From NCBI GenBank assembly GCA_001512945.1, contig LFTF01000018.1:1417-51251 (forward strand): 49,835 bases of DNA. Direction: 5' to 3'. Positions within the stretch are counted from its first letter, which is position 1. The number at the start of each line of letters is the position of its first letter. The notes under the pieces were generated by a model, which was not told the DNA's origin, did not search any database, and was given only the letters and a program-made list of their open reading frames with translations. Below, one piece after another: positions 39,097-46,737 of this stretch. A program made the position numbers and the translations under genes. The stretch comes from Clostridiales bacterium DTU023. GTDB lineage: Bacteria > Bacillota > Clostridia > Saccharofermentanales > DTU023.

Positions 39097-40356
39097 CTAA
39101 TCAAGGAGTCCCTCGTCGTCAAGAAGCTCGACATATGCCTCTAGCGCATCCTCAAAACAATTCATCGGCGGGTAAACAACTCCGGCTCCCACCTGGCCTA
39201 CGCCGGCGTCCTTGTGGGCAATGCCGGTGTTAATTACGGGTAGAATCTGCGTCTCAACGACTCGACGGATGTCGATCCCTGTCGGTGAACCGCGGAAATT
39301 CATGGGTGGCAATTTGTAGCTGTTGCTCTCCTCTAGCGTTATCTCATACATTCTCGTCGTGTAATTGACAGCATCCTGAGGTGTGCCGCCGACGAACTGA
39401 ACAATAGCGGGTGCCGTTGCCATGGAAAATCCACCGATGCCGAGTGTCTCCGTTATACATGAATCGCCGATGTCGGGATTGGCGTCGGCCATGCTGTAAC
39501 CGGGAAAGTAAAGCCCATCGATGATAGCCGCCGGACCGGTGAACCAGCGATCGCCCAGGCCTGCGACGCGGATGCCAAACTCAGTGCCGTTACGGCACAT
39601 CGTGTAGACAACGGTCGAATGCTTAACGCCGCCAGCCGGATCCAGTGAAGCTTTCGCCGCAGGCATTGAAAGGTTAAGGAAGAAGTGATCATTCGAGTTC
39701 ATAAAATCGAACACTTTGACCTGATCCTCTTTCGAAGAATTTGTCTTTAGGATGCTCGATGCGATCTCGCGGATAAATAGTGAAGTCGCCGCCTTATTTC
39801 GGTTGTGGACTTCGTCTCCCATTTGAACCGCTTGGGCGATCATATTCTTAAGGTCGATGGGACCGTGAATTTCAATCGCTTCTTTCATGATGGGATAGAG
39901 CGTTTTCTCCATCCATTTGAGGTGCGTGATGACCTGATCGCTGAATGCGCCAAAACGCAATACCGTTCCCAGTCCCTCGTTCTGTGTACAGTAAGATTTG
40001 TTGCCGTATGTTTTATTTTCCAGAATAAAGACAGGCATGGACGCCGTGACGACACCAGCCATGGGACCGACCGCCGAATGATGGTGACACGGATCAAATT
40101 CAATGTCGCCCGAGGCGGCAAGCTTCTCTGCTTCCTCCGGTGTTGAGGCAAGTCCTTCGTAAATCAACCCGCCGATAACTGCGCCGCGAAGCGGTCCCGA
40201 CATTTTCTCCCATGTAATGGGAGGGCCTGCGTGCAACATCATATGTTTATGCATGCCCGGCACGACATCCTTCGCCACTCCCATCCCGATCAGTGTCGGC
40301 TGGGCGCTCTGTATGATCTCCAATACTTTCTTATTGGCTTCTTCAATGAAATCCAT
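39097..40356 (-). CDS. ylbE: DUF1116 protein, homologue of E. coli YlbE (AllG-type subunit)
   Basis: Same length (419 aa) as full-length E. coli YlbE as I remember it, with long collinear matches: LHAGPP, CHHHSAVGPMAGV, NEGLG.VLRFGA, FFLNLSM, NPD(I/M)GDS.ITET.GIGG, GIDIRRVVET...INTGIAHK.AG.GQ.GAG. Confidence 0.85.
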   Translation of the reverse strand: MDFIEEANKKVLEIIQSAQPTLIGMGVAKDVVPGMHKHMMLHAGPPITWEKMSGPLRGAVIGGLIYEGLASTPEEAEKLAASGDIEFDPCHHHSAVGPMAGVVTASMPVFILENKTYGNKSYCTQNEGLGTVLRFGAFSDQVITHLKWMEKTLYPIMKEAIEIHGPIDLKNMIAQAVQMGDEVHNRNKAATSLFIREIASSILKTNSSKEDQVKVFDFMNSNDHFFLNLSMPAAKASLDPAGGVKHSTVVYTMCRNGTEFGIRVAGLGDRWFTGPAAIIDGLYFPGYSMADANPDIGDSCITETLGIGGFSMATAPAIVQFVGGTPQDAVNYTTRMYEITLEESNSYKLPPMNFRGSPTGIDIRRVVETQILPVINTGIAHKDAGVGQVGAGVVYPPMNCFEDALEAYVELLDDEGLLD

Positions 40357-40451
40357 GATTCCCCTTCTTTCTTACATCTTGATTCTGTATATGTTCTATC
40401 TATTACAAACCATCATCCTCTAATGGGTAAGGGTTTGTCGCGACCTTGTGT

Positions 40452-40628
40452 TTACTTCGAGCTCTTCAACTTGCCAAGCAAAGAAGCCATCTTGCGGTTG
40501 CCCCCCGCAAAAGGTTTCCATTGGACGTGAATACTCGGAATGTCTTGTGCTTTGAGTTCTGTGTAGAAAGACTCAAGACCAATGTTAATGATTTTCAGAT
40601 CTTCTTTAAAAAGTTCATTGACTGACAT
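40452..40628 (-). CDS. 58-aa protein corresponding to the C-terminal tail of E. coli FdrA (separately encoded)
   Basis: Below the ORF-track size cutoff. ATG at 40628 is preceded by GGAAGGAG at 6 nt, 13 nt after the fdrA stop and in a different frame. Translation: MSVNELFKEDLKIINIGLESFYTELKAQDIPSIHVQWKPFAGGNRKMASLLGKLKSSK. It matches the remembered E. coli FdrA C-terminus ...VAVINIGLRSFALELQSASKPVVHYQWSPVAGGNKKLARLLERLQ. Confidence 0.65.
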   Translation of the reverse strand: MSVNELFKEDLKIINIGLESFYTELKAQDIPSIHVQWKPFAGGNRKMASLLGKLKSSK

Positions 40629-40641
40629 GATATGCTCCTTC

Positions 40642-42195
40642 CTATAAACCAGCTGTTTTCATGATACGGTCGACGAGGCGAACTGCCTGTGCATTCGAAG
40701 GCATCACAATCACGCCTGCTTGTTCCAAGTCTTCGATTGATTGTTTTAGGTCTTGCGGATCTTTATCGGTTCCCGTCACCGAAGCGACAGCTACGATATC
40801 TCTGCCCATGCTGGCAAGTTTTTCGCGGATTTTTATGACAGAATCCGCGACAGCCCCGGCAGGATCTTCGTGCGATCCGTAACCTAAAACGACGTCGACC
40901 AGGATGACCGCGGTCGTTTCATCGATATGTGATTCGAAAAATTCAGTGCGCGTCATCGGGTCAATCATCGGGTGTGGACGTCCACGAGTGAACTCATCCT
41001 CTCCGAGATCGAGACAAAGATGTCCCGCAAGACCTTCGAGTTTTGCCAGAGCACGATCTGGTGTCAGCGGGATATTCGAGTAGATCGGATAGTGTTCGCC
41101 CAGATACTTGATGGCCTCATCAGCCAGCGTACCGCCTGTAAAGAGGGCGCGAAGGTATTTCTGCTCCGGGGCGAGCCGCCCAGCCGCATCGTCAACTACA
41201 TGCGCGATCTCTTGCTCAGAGGCGTCAAATCCATCGAAATCGACTGGCGTCTGCTTGCGAAGGAGCGCGACAGCTTTCTTTGCGGCATCTTCCAAGCTCA
41301 CACACGGTACCGCGCCTGCCCGAAGAACTGATTCGGCGTTGCCGCCGATGAAGTCTATGACAACAGGTTTTGGTGAATCCGCCACAAGATCATAAATTTT
41401 CTTTTCAACAGATGGCGCGGGGGGTTTTGAAATGAGAAGGATGACGTGTGTCTCCGGGTCAGCTAATAGCGCCTCGATGCCTTGAATCATCATTAGACCA
41501 CCGATTTCTTCTCGAAGATCGCGTCCTCCTGTTCCGATTACTTGAGACAGTCCCTCGCCCAGCTGATCTATTAGAACCGTGACCTCTTGCGTGCCTGTAC
41601 CAGACGCGCCTACCACTCCGATTTTTCCACGCTTGACAACGTTGGCAAAACAAAGCGGAACGCCGTTAATAATCGCTGTCCCGCAGTCGGGTCCCATCAT
41701 AAGCAATCCCTTGTCGACCGCCATGCGCTTGAGTTTCAACTCATCTTCAATGGACACGTTGTCCGAAAACATCATGACGTTAAGCCCCTCACGCAAAGCA
41801 TTTTCCGCCTCGTCCGCGGCATATTGACCCGGCACTGAGAGCACTACGAAATTGGCTCCCGGCAAATACTCAATGGCTGAGCGCAATGTCGGCGGCTGAT
41901 AATCGCCCGCGTGGGATTCCTTCTTCTTGTTAATCTGCTCATCGAACGATGCAATAAGCTCGTCCATGTTTACTCGGCTTTCATCAAACTTCGCGGCAAT
42001 AAAAAGGTCATTGGGAGTAACCTTCTCAAGCTCAGGCAAAAACATTTCGAGCATCTTCACCAGATCGAGGTTCAGGTCCGTACCCATTCCAACCAGTACT
42101 TCCTCAACACCGTCGAGTTTCTTCATCTCACGCGAGATGAGCATCAGTGTGACTGAATCAAAATAGGCATTCTCACGTACAATAGTGTCAATCAT
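40642..42195 (-). CDS. fdrA: FdrA-like protein (succinyl-CoA-synthetase-alpha-like fold; AllF-type subunit), lacking the usual C-terminal tail
   Basis: Collinear with remembered E. coli FdrA: FDSV.LM.ISR, LNVMMFSDNV..EDE..LK, GLLMMGPDCGT, G.IGV.GASGTG.QE, GGRDL, SKPP, GRPHPMIDP. Start at ATG 42195 (MIDTIV; AAGGAG 8 nt upstream) rather than GTG 42204. Confidence 0.88.
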   Translation of the reverse strand: MIDTIVRENAYFDSVTLMLISREMKKLDGVEEVLVGMGTDLNLDLVKMLEMFLPELEKVTPNDLFIAAKFDESRVNMDELIASFDEQINKKKESHAGDYQPPTLRSAIEYLPGANFVVLSVPGQYAADEAENALREGLNVMMFSDNVSIEDELKLKRMAVDKGLLMMGPDCGTAIINGVPLCFANVVKRGKIGVVGASGTGTQEVTVLIDQLGEGLSQVIGTGGRDLREEIGGLMMIQGIEALLADPETHVILLISKPPAPSVEKKIYDLVADSPKPVVIDFIGGNAESVLRAGAVPCVSLEDAAKKAVALLRKQTPVDFDGFDASEQEIAHVVDDAAGRLAPEQKYLRALFTGGTLADEAIKYLGEHYPIYSNIPLTPDRALAKLEGLAGHLCLDLGEDEFTRGRPHPMIDPMTRTEFFESHIDETTAVILVDVVLGYGSHEDPAGAVADSVIKIREKLASMGRDIVAVASVTGTDKDPQDLKQSIEDLEQAGVIVMPSNAQAVRLVDRIMKTAGL

Positions 42196-42232
42196 TCCTC
42201 TCACTCCTTAACTAAATTTTACTTAAAATCAC

Positions 42233-43192
42233 TTATTCCGAATCACTCCGGGATGTTCTTATATTATCGGCCGATATCTTTCGGGCGCAATACAATCCAA
42301 ACAGGAAGTCTGCCCCCGAAGACGAGCCGTAAGCCAGTACACGCTCGATGAGCGAGTCAAGCGCATCAAGATCGTCTTCTACGATCGCGCGAAGCAATTC
42401 AAGATACGCTTCATTGGCCCTTCCACTCGCCGCATGGCGCAACATATGGTAGCTGACCAGCGTCGTACGATCACGGGCTATCACAGCAACACGCTCCAAA
42501 TTTTCGCGCAACCCATTGTTTGCGTCATTGCCCCAAGGACTGTCATAAAACAGACTTAACAGGATTCCTGCAAGAAAATCATCACAAGAGGGAGTAAGCC
42601 CGGGACCAAAGCCGATCAGCCTCTCTGTAAGATCGAGCGCGTGCTCTGGCTTGTCGGATACGAGCACTTTTAAAAACAGCTCAAGATCACGGTAAATGAA
42701 AGTGCAATAGACGTTCCCCTTGCGGGTGGAAGGAGGCGTATCACCCTCCGGCATCCACGCGATCAGCGGTGAAATTCCGTCTGCATTGGCAAGCAATAAT
42801 TTTGTTTTGATCAAGTCAAGTGCCATGATGCCTGGACTACATTTGACTTGCAATGGTTGTGTGAGAGAAACAGGGCGGACATGAGCATCCTTGAGCCAAA
42901 TCGAGCCTGCTCCGCGAGGCAGGTTAAACACCAATCTGCCATCGCTTGACAGGGTGTCTCCGGCTCGCAAGCCCCACACACTGACACCGGGAACCGCCGC
43001 AACCATACCCATCGGCATGATATCGCGCCCAGACGAAGCAAACGTCACCAGTTCCTCCTCCTGTGTCAACAGGTTAACCGACGTCTCAAAGACAGAATGT
43101 ACGCGGAGCTCGAGAATGGGACGCGCCAGCAAGAACTGCCGAAGATCCGACGCAATAAACAAACCGTTATAGATTTTTTCGCGTACCGTCAT
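42233..43192 (-). CDS. ylbF: DUF2877 protein, homologue of E. coli YlbF (AllH-type subunit)
   Basis: The C-terminal half matches remembered YlbF motifs: GFGPGLTPSCDD (E. coli GKGPGLTPSHDD) and AYGSSSGADFLFG (E. coli ALGHTSGADTLLG). Its ATG overlaps the pucR stop (ATGA). Confidence 0.78.
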   Translation of the reverse strand: MTVREKIYNGLFIASDLRQFLLARPILELRVHSVFETSVNLLTQEEELVTFASSGRDIMPMGMVAAVPGVSVWGLRAGDTLSSDGRLVFNLPRGAGSIWLKDAHVRPVSLTQPLQVKCSPGIMALDLIKTKLLLANADGISPLIAWMPEGDTPPSTRKGNVYCTFIYRDLELFLKVLVSDKPEHALDLTERLIGFGPGLTPSCDDFLAGILLSLFYDSPWGNDANNGLRENLERVAVIARDRTTLVSYHMLRHAASGRANEAYLELLRAIVEDDLDALDSLIERVLAYGSSSGADFLFGLYCARKISADNIRTSRSDSE

Positions 43193-44874
43193 TGGATCAA
43201 CTCCCTGATTTTCAAGGCGAGCTGGAAATTGAATGCCGTTTCAGGGTCGCGAAGATCGATCCCGTAAATATCGCGAATGCGGTTGATCCTGTAAATAATT
43301 GTATTGTAATGCGTAAACAGAACTTCCGACACTCGCTTAAGATTACCTCCCGAAGCAAAGTAAACGCGGACTGTCTCAAGCAAATCACCTCGCTGCTTGC
43401 TGTCGTACTCTTCAATTGAACTCAAAATCTCTTCTGCGTATGCCAACGCGTCGTCCCGAAGCAACGGATGTCCCAAAACACGCAGCAGGCCGAGATCGTC
43501 GAAGAACAGCACAGATGCATCTGTTTCACCACGACTTTGAAGTATTCGAACTGTCTGCTCCGCTTGCTGAAGACTTGTCGGCAAATAACGGTATGAACGA
43601 ACACAAGAACCAACTCCTATGTAGGTATAGTGGAGCGCTTCTTTTTCCTCAATGCATTTCAAAACAATCTCTATGAAACGTTTGCACAAAGCGTGACGTC
43701 CTTCAAGCGGGCAATCGCTTTCAAACTGTAAAAGAAAGACGGCGCGATCGCTCTTTCTCGTCACGAGGAAATAACCCTCATAGTCTCTTTTTATAAGATT
43801 GGTCAGATTAAGCAGACTGGTGTTCAGATTTTTGATCATTCGAGAATTGTTGGGCGTCATTTGGAGATGCTGTTCATGATCCATGACAAGCACCACAATC
43901 TGGCTGGGCAGATCGGGATGAAAAAGATAATAGTCGGCACTTTCTATAGCTTTACTTTGTTCGCGCGGATCATCATTTAAGAGTTGCTCCAGAAAAGTTG
44001 TTTGATGAACATTTTCACGCTCGATAAGCGCAGTTCTGTTCAAAATGTCGAGCGCTATCAGGGAGGAAGTCGACTCAATGACAAAAAGATCCTGAGGACG
44101 CAAAGAACCATCCGTGTCCCACAAATAAATACTTCCGTAATGCATGTTGTCGAAATATATCGGGAGAGTAAACCGCCTTACTCCATTCTCCCCGATGGAT
44201 ACTTCCTGACTTCTATTCTTTGCCAAACGGTGATCGAGACGTGCAAAGTCTGCTGCCTCAAGGGCACGGTAATCATGCTCAATCAAACTTGCCTTATCTT
44301 GATCGGGACAGTAAAAATGAGAATCCCTAAATATGTCGTCACGGATGACGACAGGTGTTTGTGTCGCCAGATAAATCTGTTCGGCGATAGCCTGCATACC
44401 TTCATGTCTGAGCATAATTTCACGGACTGTGTGATTGAACTCGTTGATCCGGCTCAACAGACGCGTCTGCTCACCGATAATGTGGTTGAAGATTTCCTTG
44501 ATCAGCTCGCCGTATGGAACGTTTTGTGGAATTCTTATAATTGGAAAGTCGAGATCGTCCGCAAGATGAATAACACTTTCAGGTACTTCACTGATATAAC
44601 GTTGTGTTTTAATCCCCATCCCGCACACATTCTTCGACCGGAGTTGAGGGATCAGTCGCTCGAACGCGACGATATCATCACTAAATATATAGGCAGTTGT
44701 CAGCAGAAACTCCCCAGGTCTCACCCAATCGATAATATCAGGGACCTCCATGACATTGACCGACATAATACTGTTGTCTAGGCCTTTGCGACCCGCCAGC
44801 ACTTCCGCCTCCTGCAATAATCCCACTTGCAAGATGTCACGCAACTGAATTGTAAGTTTTTTTTGGTCTGACAT
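43189..44874 (-). CDS. pucR: PucR-family transcriptional regulator (purine catabolism regulator-like N-domain + C-terminal HTH)
   Basis: PucR-type N-terminus (LRDILQVGLLQEAEVLAGRKGLDNSIMSVNVMEVPDIIDWVRPGEFLLTTAY) and C-terminal HTH (LKRVSEVLFTHYNTIIYRINRIRDIYG). AGAGGA RBS. First gene of the minus-strand operon. Confidence 0.85.
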   Translation of the reverse strand: MSDQKKLTIQLRDILQVGLLQEAEVLAGRKGLDNSIMSVNVMEVPDIIDWVRPGEFLLTTAYIFSDDIVAFERLIPQLRSKNVCGMGIKTQRYISEVPESVIHLADDLDFPIIRIPQNVPYGELIKEIFNHIIGEQTRLLSRINEFNHTVREIMLRHEGMQAIAEQIYLATQTPVVIRDDIFRDSHFYCPDQDKASLIEHDYRALEAADFARLDHRLAKNRSQEVSIGENGVRRFTLPIYFDNMHYGSIYLWDTDGSLRPQDLFVIESTSSLIALDILNRTALIERENVHQTTFLEQLLNDDPREQSKAIESADYYLFHPDLPSQIVVLVMDHEQHLQMTPNNSRMIKNLNTSLLNLTNLIKRDYEGYFLVTRKSDRAVFLLQFESDCPLEGRHALCKRFIEIVLKCIEEKEALHYTYIGVGSCVRSYRYLPTSLQQAEQTVRILQSRGETDASVLFFDDLGLLRVLGHPLLRDDALAYAEEILSSIEEYDSKQRGDLLETVRVYFASGGNLKRVSEVLFTHYNTIIYRINRIRDIYGIDLRDPETAFNFQLALKIRELIQ

Positions 44875-44889
44875 CTATGTTGTCCTCTT

Positions 44890-44901
44890 ACAATCTATTT
44901 T
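44890..44901 (-). promoter_or_regulatory. Copy 1 of the shared 12-mer AAAATAGATTGT (in the pucR leader, abutting the SD)
   Basis: Plus strand acaatctatttt reads on the minus strand as AAAATAGATTGTaagaggacaacatagATG. Confidence 0.45.
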
Positions 44902-45227
44902 ACACAAATTCACAAACTGATTAATTAGCTGCTAGTAACAGCGATGTAATCATTGTACGTGATATCGATGTAATAATGTTACAGGAGCTTTCATCATGCT
45001 TGCAATTTTATTGCCATATTGGCAAAAACTGCATTTGTTTTGCTTTTTCCGCATGATCGAGCACTGTCACACATTAACAAACTAACAAAAGACTATTTGA
45101 CAGGGAGCAGATTAGCCAAACGTCTTTATTGCGTCATTAAAGATACTTTTTTGTATATGTTTATCAATATATCGTTTGAACCGTAAACTATTTTGTAAGT
45201 GATTACAACGAATTTCGCTTACATAAG

Positions 45228-45236
45228 TGATAGAAT
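45228..45236 (+). promoter_or_regulatory. Candidate extended -10 promoter element (TGATAGAAT) for the Mo-hydroxylase operon
   Basis: TGnTAGAAT lies 98 nt upstream of the GTG start. There is no good -35 at 16-18 nt, so this is tentative. Confidence 0.3.
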
Positions 45237-45247
45237 TGTATTAATTA

Positions 45248-45274
45248 TGCACAGCACCCTAATCGTGCTGTGCA
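45248..45274 (+). promoter_or_regulatory. Perfect 10-bp inverted repeat TGCACAGCAC-N7-GTGCTGTGCA upstream of the Mo-hydroxylase operon
   Basis: Seen directly in the sequence. It lies 60 nt upstream of the GTG start and no T tract follows. It could be a dimeric-regulator operator or a 5'-UTR hairpin. Confidence 0.45.
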
Positions 45275-45297
45275 GTTGAACAAAGTACCTATCTGCA

Positions 45298-45309
45298 AAA
45301 ATAGATTGT
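45298..45309 (+). promoter_or_regulatory. Copy 2 of the shared 12-mer AAAATAGATTGT (in the Mo-hydroxylase leader)
   Basis: Plus strand reads aAAAATAGATTGTtttgctgaaaaAAGGAGGtttttcGTG. It has the same orientation relative to its gene as copy 1. Confidence 0.45.
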
Positions 45310-45333
45310 TTTGCTGAAAAAAGGAGGTTTTTC

Positions 45334-46185
45334 GTGCTAAGTCAATTTGATTATGTCAAACCGCTTGTATTGGACGAAGCCCTGGATGTGTTGTCCCGCG
45401 ATACGGACACGTACATTCTGGCCGGCGGTACAGATCTTCTGATTATGCTACGCCATGAGCTGATCAACGCCCGCCATATCCTAGACATCAAGGCCATCCC
45501 TGAATTGAAGGTCTTTTCGTATGTTGAAGGTAAGGGACTGGAGATCGGCGCAAACGTCGTCGTCAACAAGCTCATCGAATCCGAGGTTGTCAGGGATAAT
45601 TACAAGGCGCTGCATGACGCGGCGTCCTGTCTCGCTTCCTACCAGCTTAGAAATCGGGCCACGCTCGTTGGAAACATTTGCAATGCTTCTCCCGGGGCAG
45701 ATCTTCCGCCCGCGCTTTTGATCTACAATGCGACCGTAAAGATCGCGAGCAAAGATGGCGTTAGGACAGTGCCGCTCAAGGAATTTTTTACGGGAGTCAA
45801 GAAGACCCAGCTCACAAAACATGAACTCGTTGTCTCCGTATTCCTTCCCGAACCAGGTCAAGACGATGACAGTTGCTATCTGCGGCAGACGCGCCTCAAG
45901 GGACACGACCTTTCAACAGTCGGTGTGGCCTGCCGTATCGATAAAAACGGGAAAGCTTGCATCGGTATCAACGCCGTTGCCATCACTCCGCTTCGCTTGA
46001 CAGCTCTGGAAGATGAACTGAACGCCAAGGGAATCACGGAGGAATCCATCCTATGGGCAGCTGACGAAATCAAAAACCACATCCGTCCCATATCTGATGT
46101 ACGTTCTTCGAAAGAATACCGGTTGCACATGGCGGGCGTTCTATTCAAGCGCTGCATGATGCAATTGATGGACAAGGAGGCATAA
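45334..46185 (+). CDS. Molybdenum hydroxylase FAD-binding (medium) subunit, CoxM/XdhB-like
   Basis: FAD_binding_5-type N-terminus (FDYVKPLVLDEALDVL...ILAGGTDLL), RNRATLVGNICNASPGAD, and a CO-dehydrogenase flavoprotein C-domain. GTG start with AAGGAGG 6 nt upstream. Confidence 0.9.
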   Translation: MLSQFDYVKPLVLDEALDVLSRDTDTYILAGGTDLLIMLRHELINARHILDIKAIPELKVFSYVEGKGLEIGANVVVNKLIESEVVRDNYKALHDAASCLASYQLRNRATLVGNICNASPGADLPPALLIYNATVKIASKDGVRTVPLKEFFTGVKKTQLTKHELVVSVFLPEPGQDDDSCYLRQTRLKGHDLSTVGVACRIDKNGKACIGINAVAITPLRLTALEDELNAKGITEESILWAADEIKNHIRPISDVRSSKEYRLHMAGVLFKRCMMQLMDKEA

Positions 46186-46188
46186 GAC

Positions 46189-46737
46189 ATGACTAACATA
46201 GATGATAAAGACATGTGCGCCATGGAAGCGGCGCATATCAATTCAAAAAACCGGCAAGTCCTTCTGACTTGCAGAGTCAACGGACAGGTTGTGGTCGAAG
46301 AAATCGATCCCACGATGTTACTTCTCCATTTCCTTCGCGACAGGCTCAAGCTGTTCGGCGCCAAGGAAGCGTGTGGAGAGGGAGAATGCGGTGCCTGCAC
46401 CGTCATCCTCAACGGCGAAGCCGTTACGTCTTGTCTTATCCTGGCCATTGAGGCCCAGGGCAGCGAGATTACTACTGTCGAAGGTTTATCCAAGAACGGT
46501 GAACTCAGCATCCTCCAACAGCAGTTCGTTTTCGAGGACGCCCTGCAGTGCGGGTTCTGCACGCCTGGTATGCTGATGTCGGCACGCGCGCTCCTTGACC
46601 GCAATCCTGATCCCACAGACGAAGAGATTATGGAAGGAATGGCGGGTAACCTCTGCCGTTGCACCGGTTATCAACAGATTTTTAATGCAGTCAAATGTGC
46701 TGCTAGATTAGAGAGAGAGGAGTTGAACCGTTCATGA
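46189..46737 (+). CDS. Molybdenum hydroxylase 2x[2Fe-2S] (small) subunit, CoxS/XdhC-like
   Basis: Both cluster motifs are present: CGEGECGACTV...C and CGFCTPGM...CRCTGY. AAGGAGG RBS. Confidence 0.93.
   Translation: MTNIDDKDMCAMEAAHINSKNRQVLLTCRVNGQVVVEEIDPTMLLLHFLRDRLKLFGAKEACGEGECGACTVILNGEAVTSCLILAIEAQGSEITTVEGLSKNGELSILQQQFVFEDALQCGFCTPGMLMSARALLDRNPDPTDEEIMEGMAGNLCRCTGYQQIFNAVKCAARLEREELNRS

Noticed and set aside
43984-44781. 265-aa plus-strand ORF inside pucR
   Set aside because: It is antisense to the PucR-type regulator, whose N- and C-terminal signatures are clear. It is an AT-rich chance ORF.
45020-45036. Sigma-54-like element TGGCAAaaacTGCAtt in the divergent control region
   Set aside because: The GG-to-GC spacing is 10 nt rather than the required 12, and the adjacent regulator is PucR-type, not an AAA+ enhancer-binding protein.
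45876-46664. 262-aa minus-strand ORF overlapping the FAD and 2Fe-2S subunit genes
   Set aside because: It is antisense to two genes with unmistakable cofactor motifs. The product is Arg/Ser/Cys-rich low-complexity sequence, typical of a GC-skewed antisense frame.
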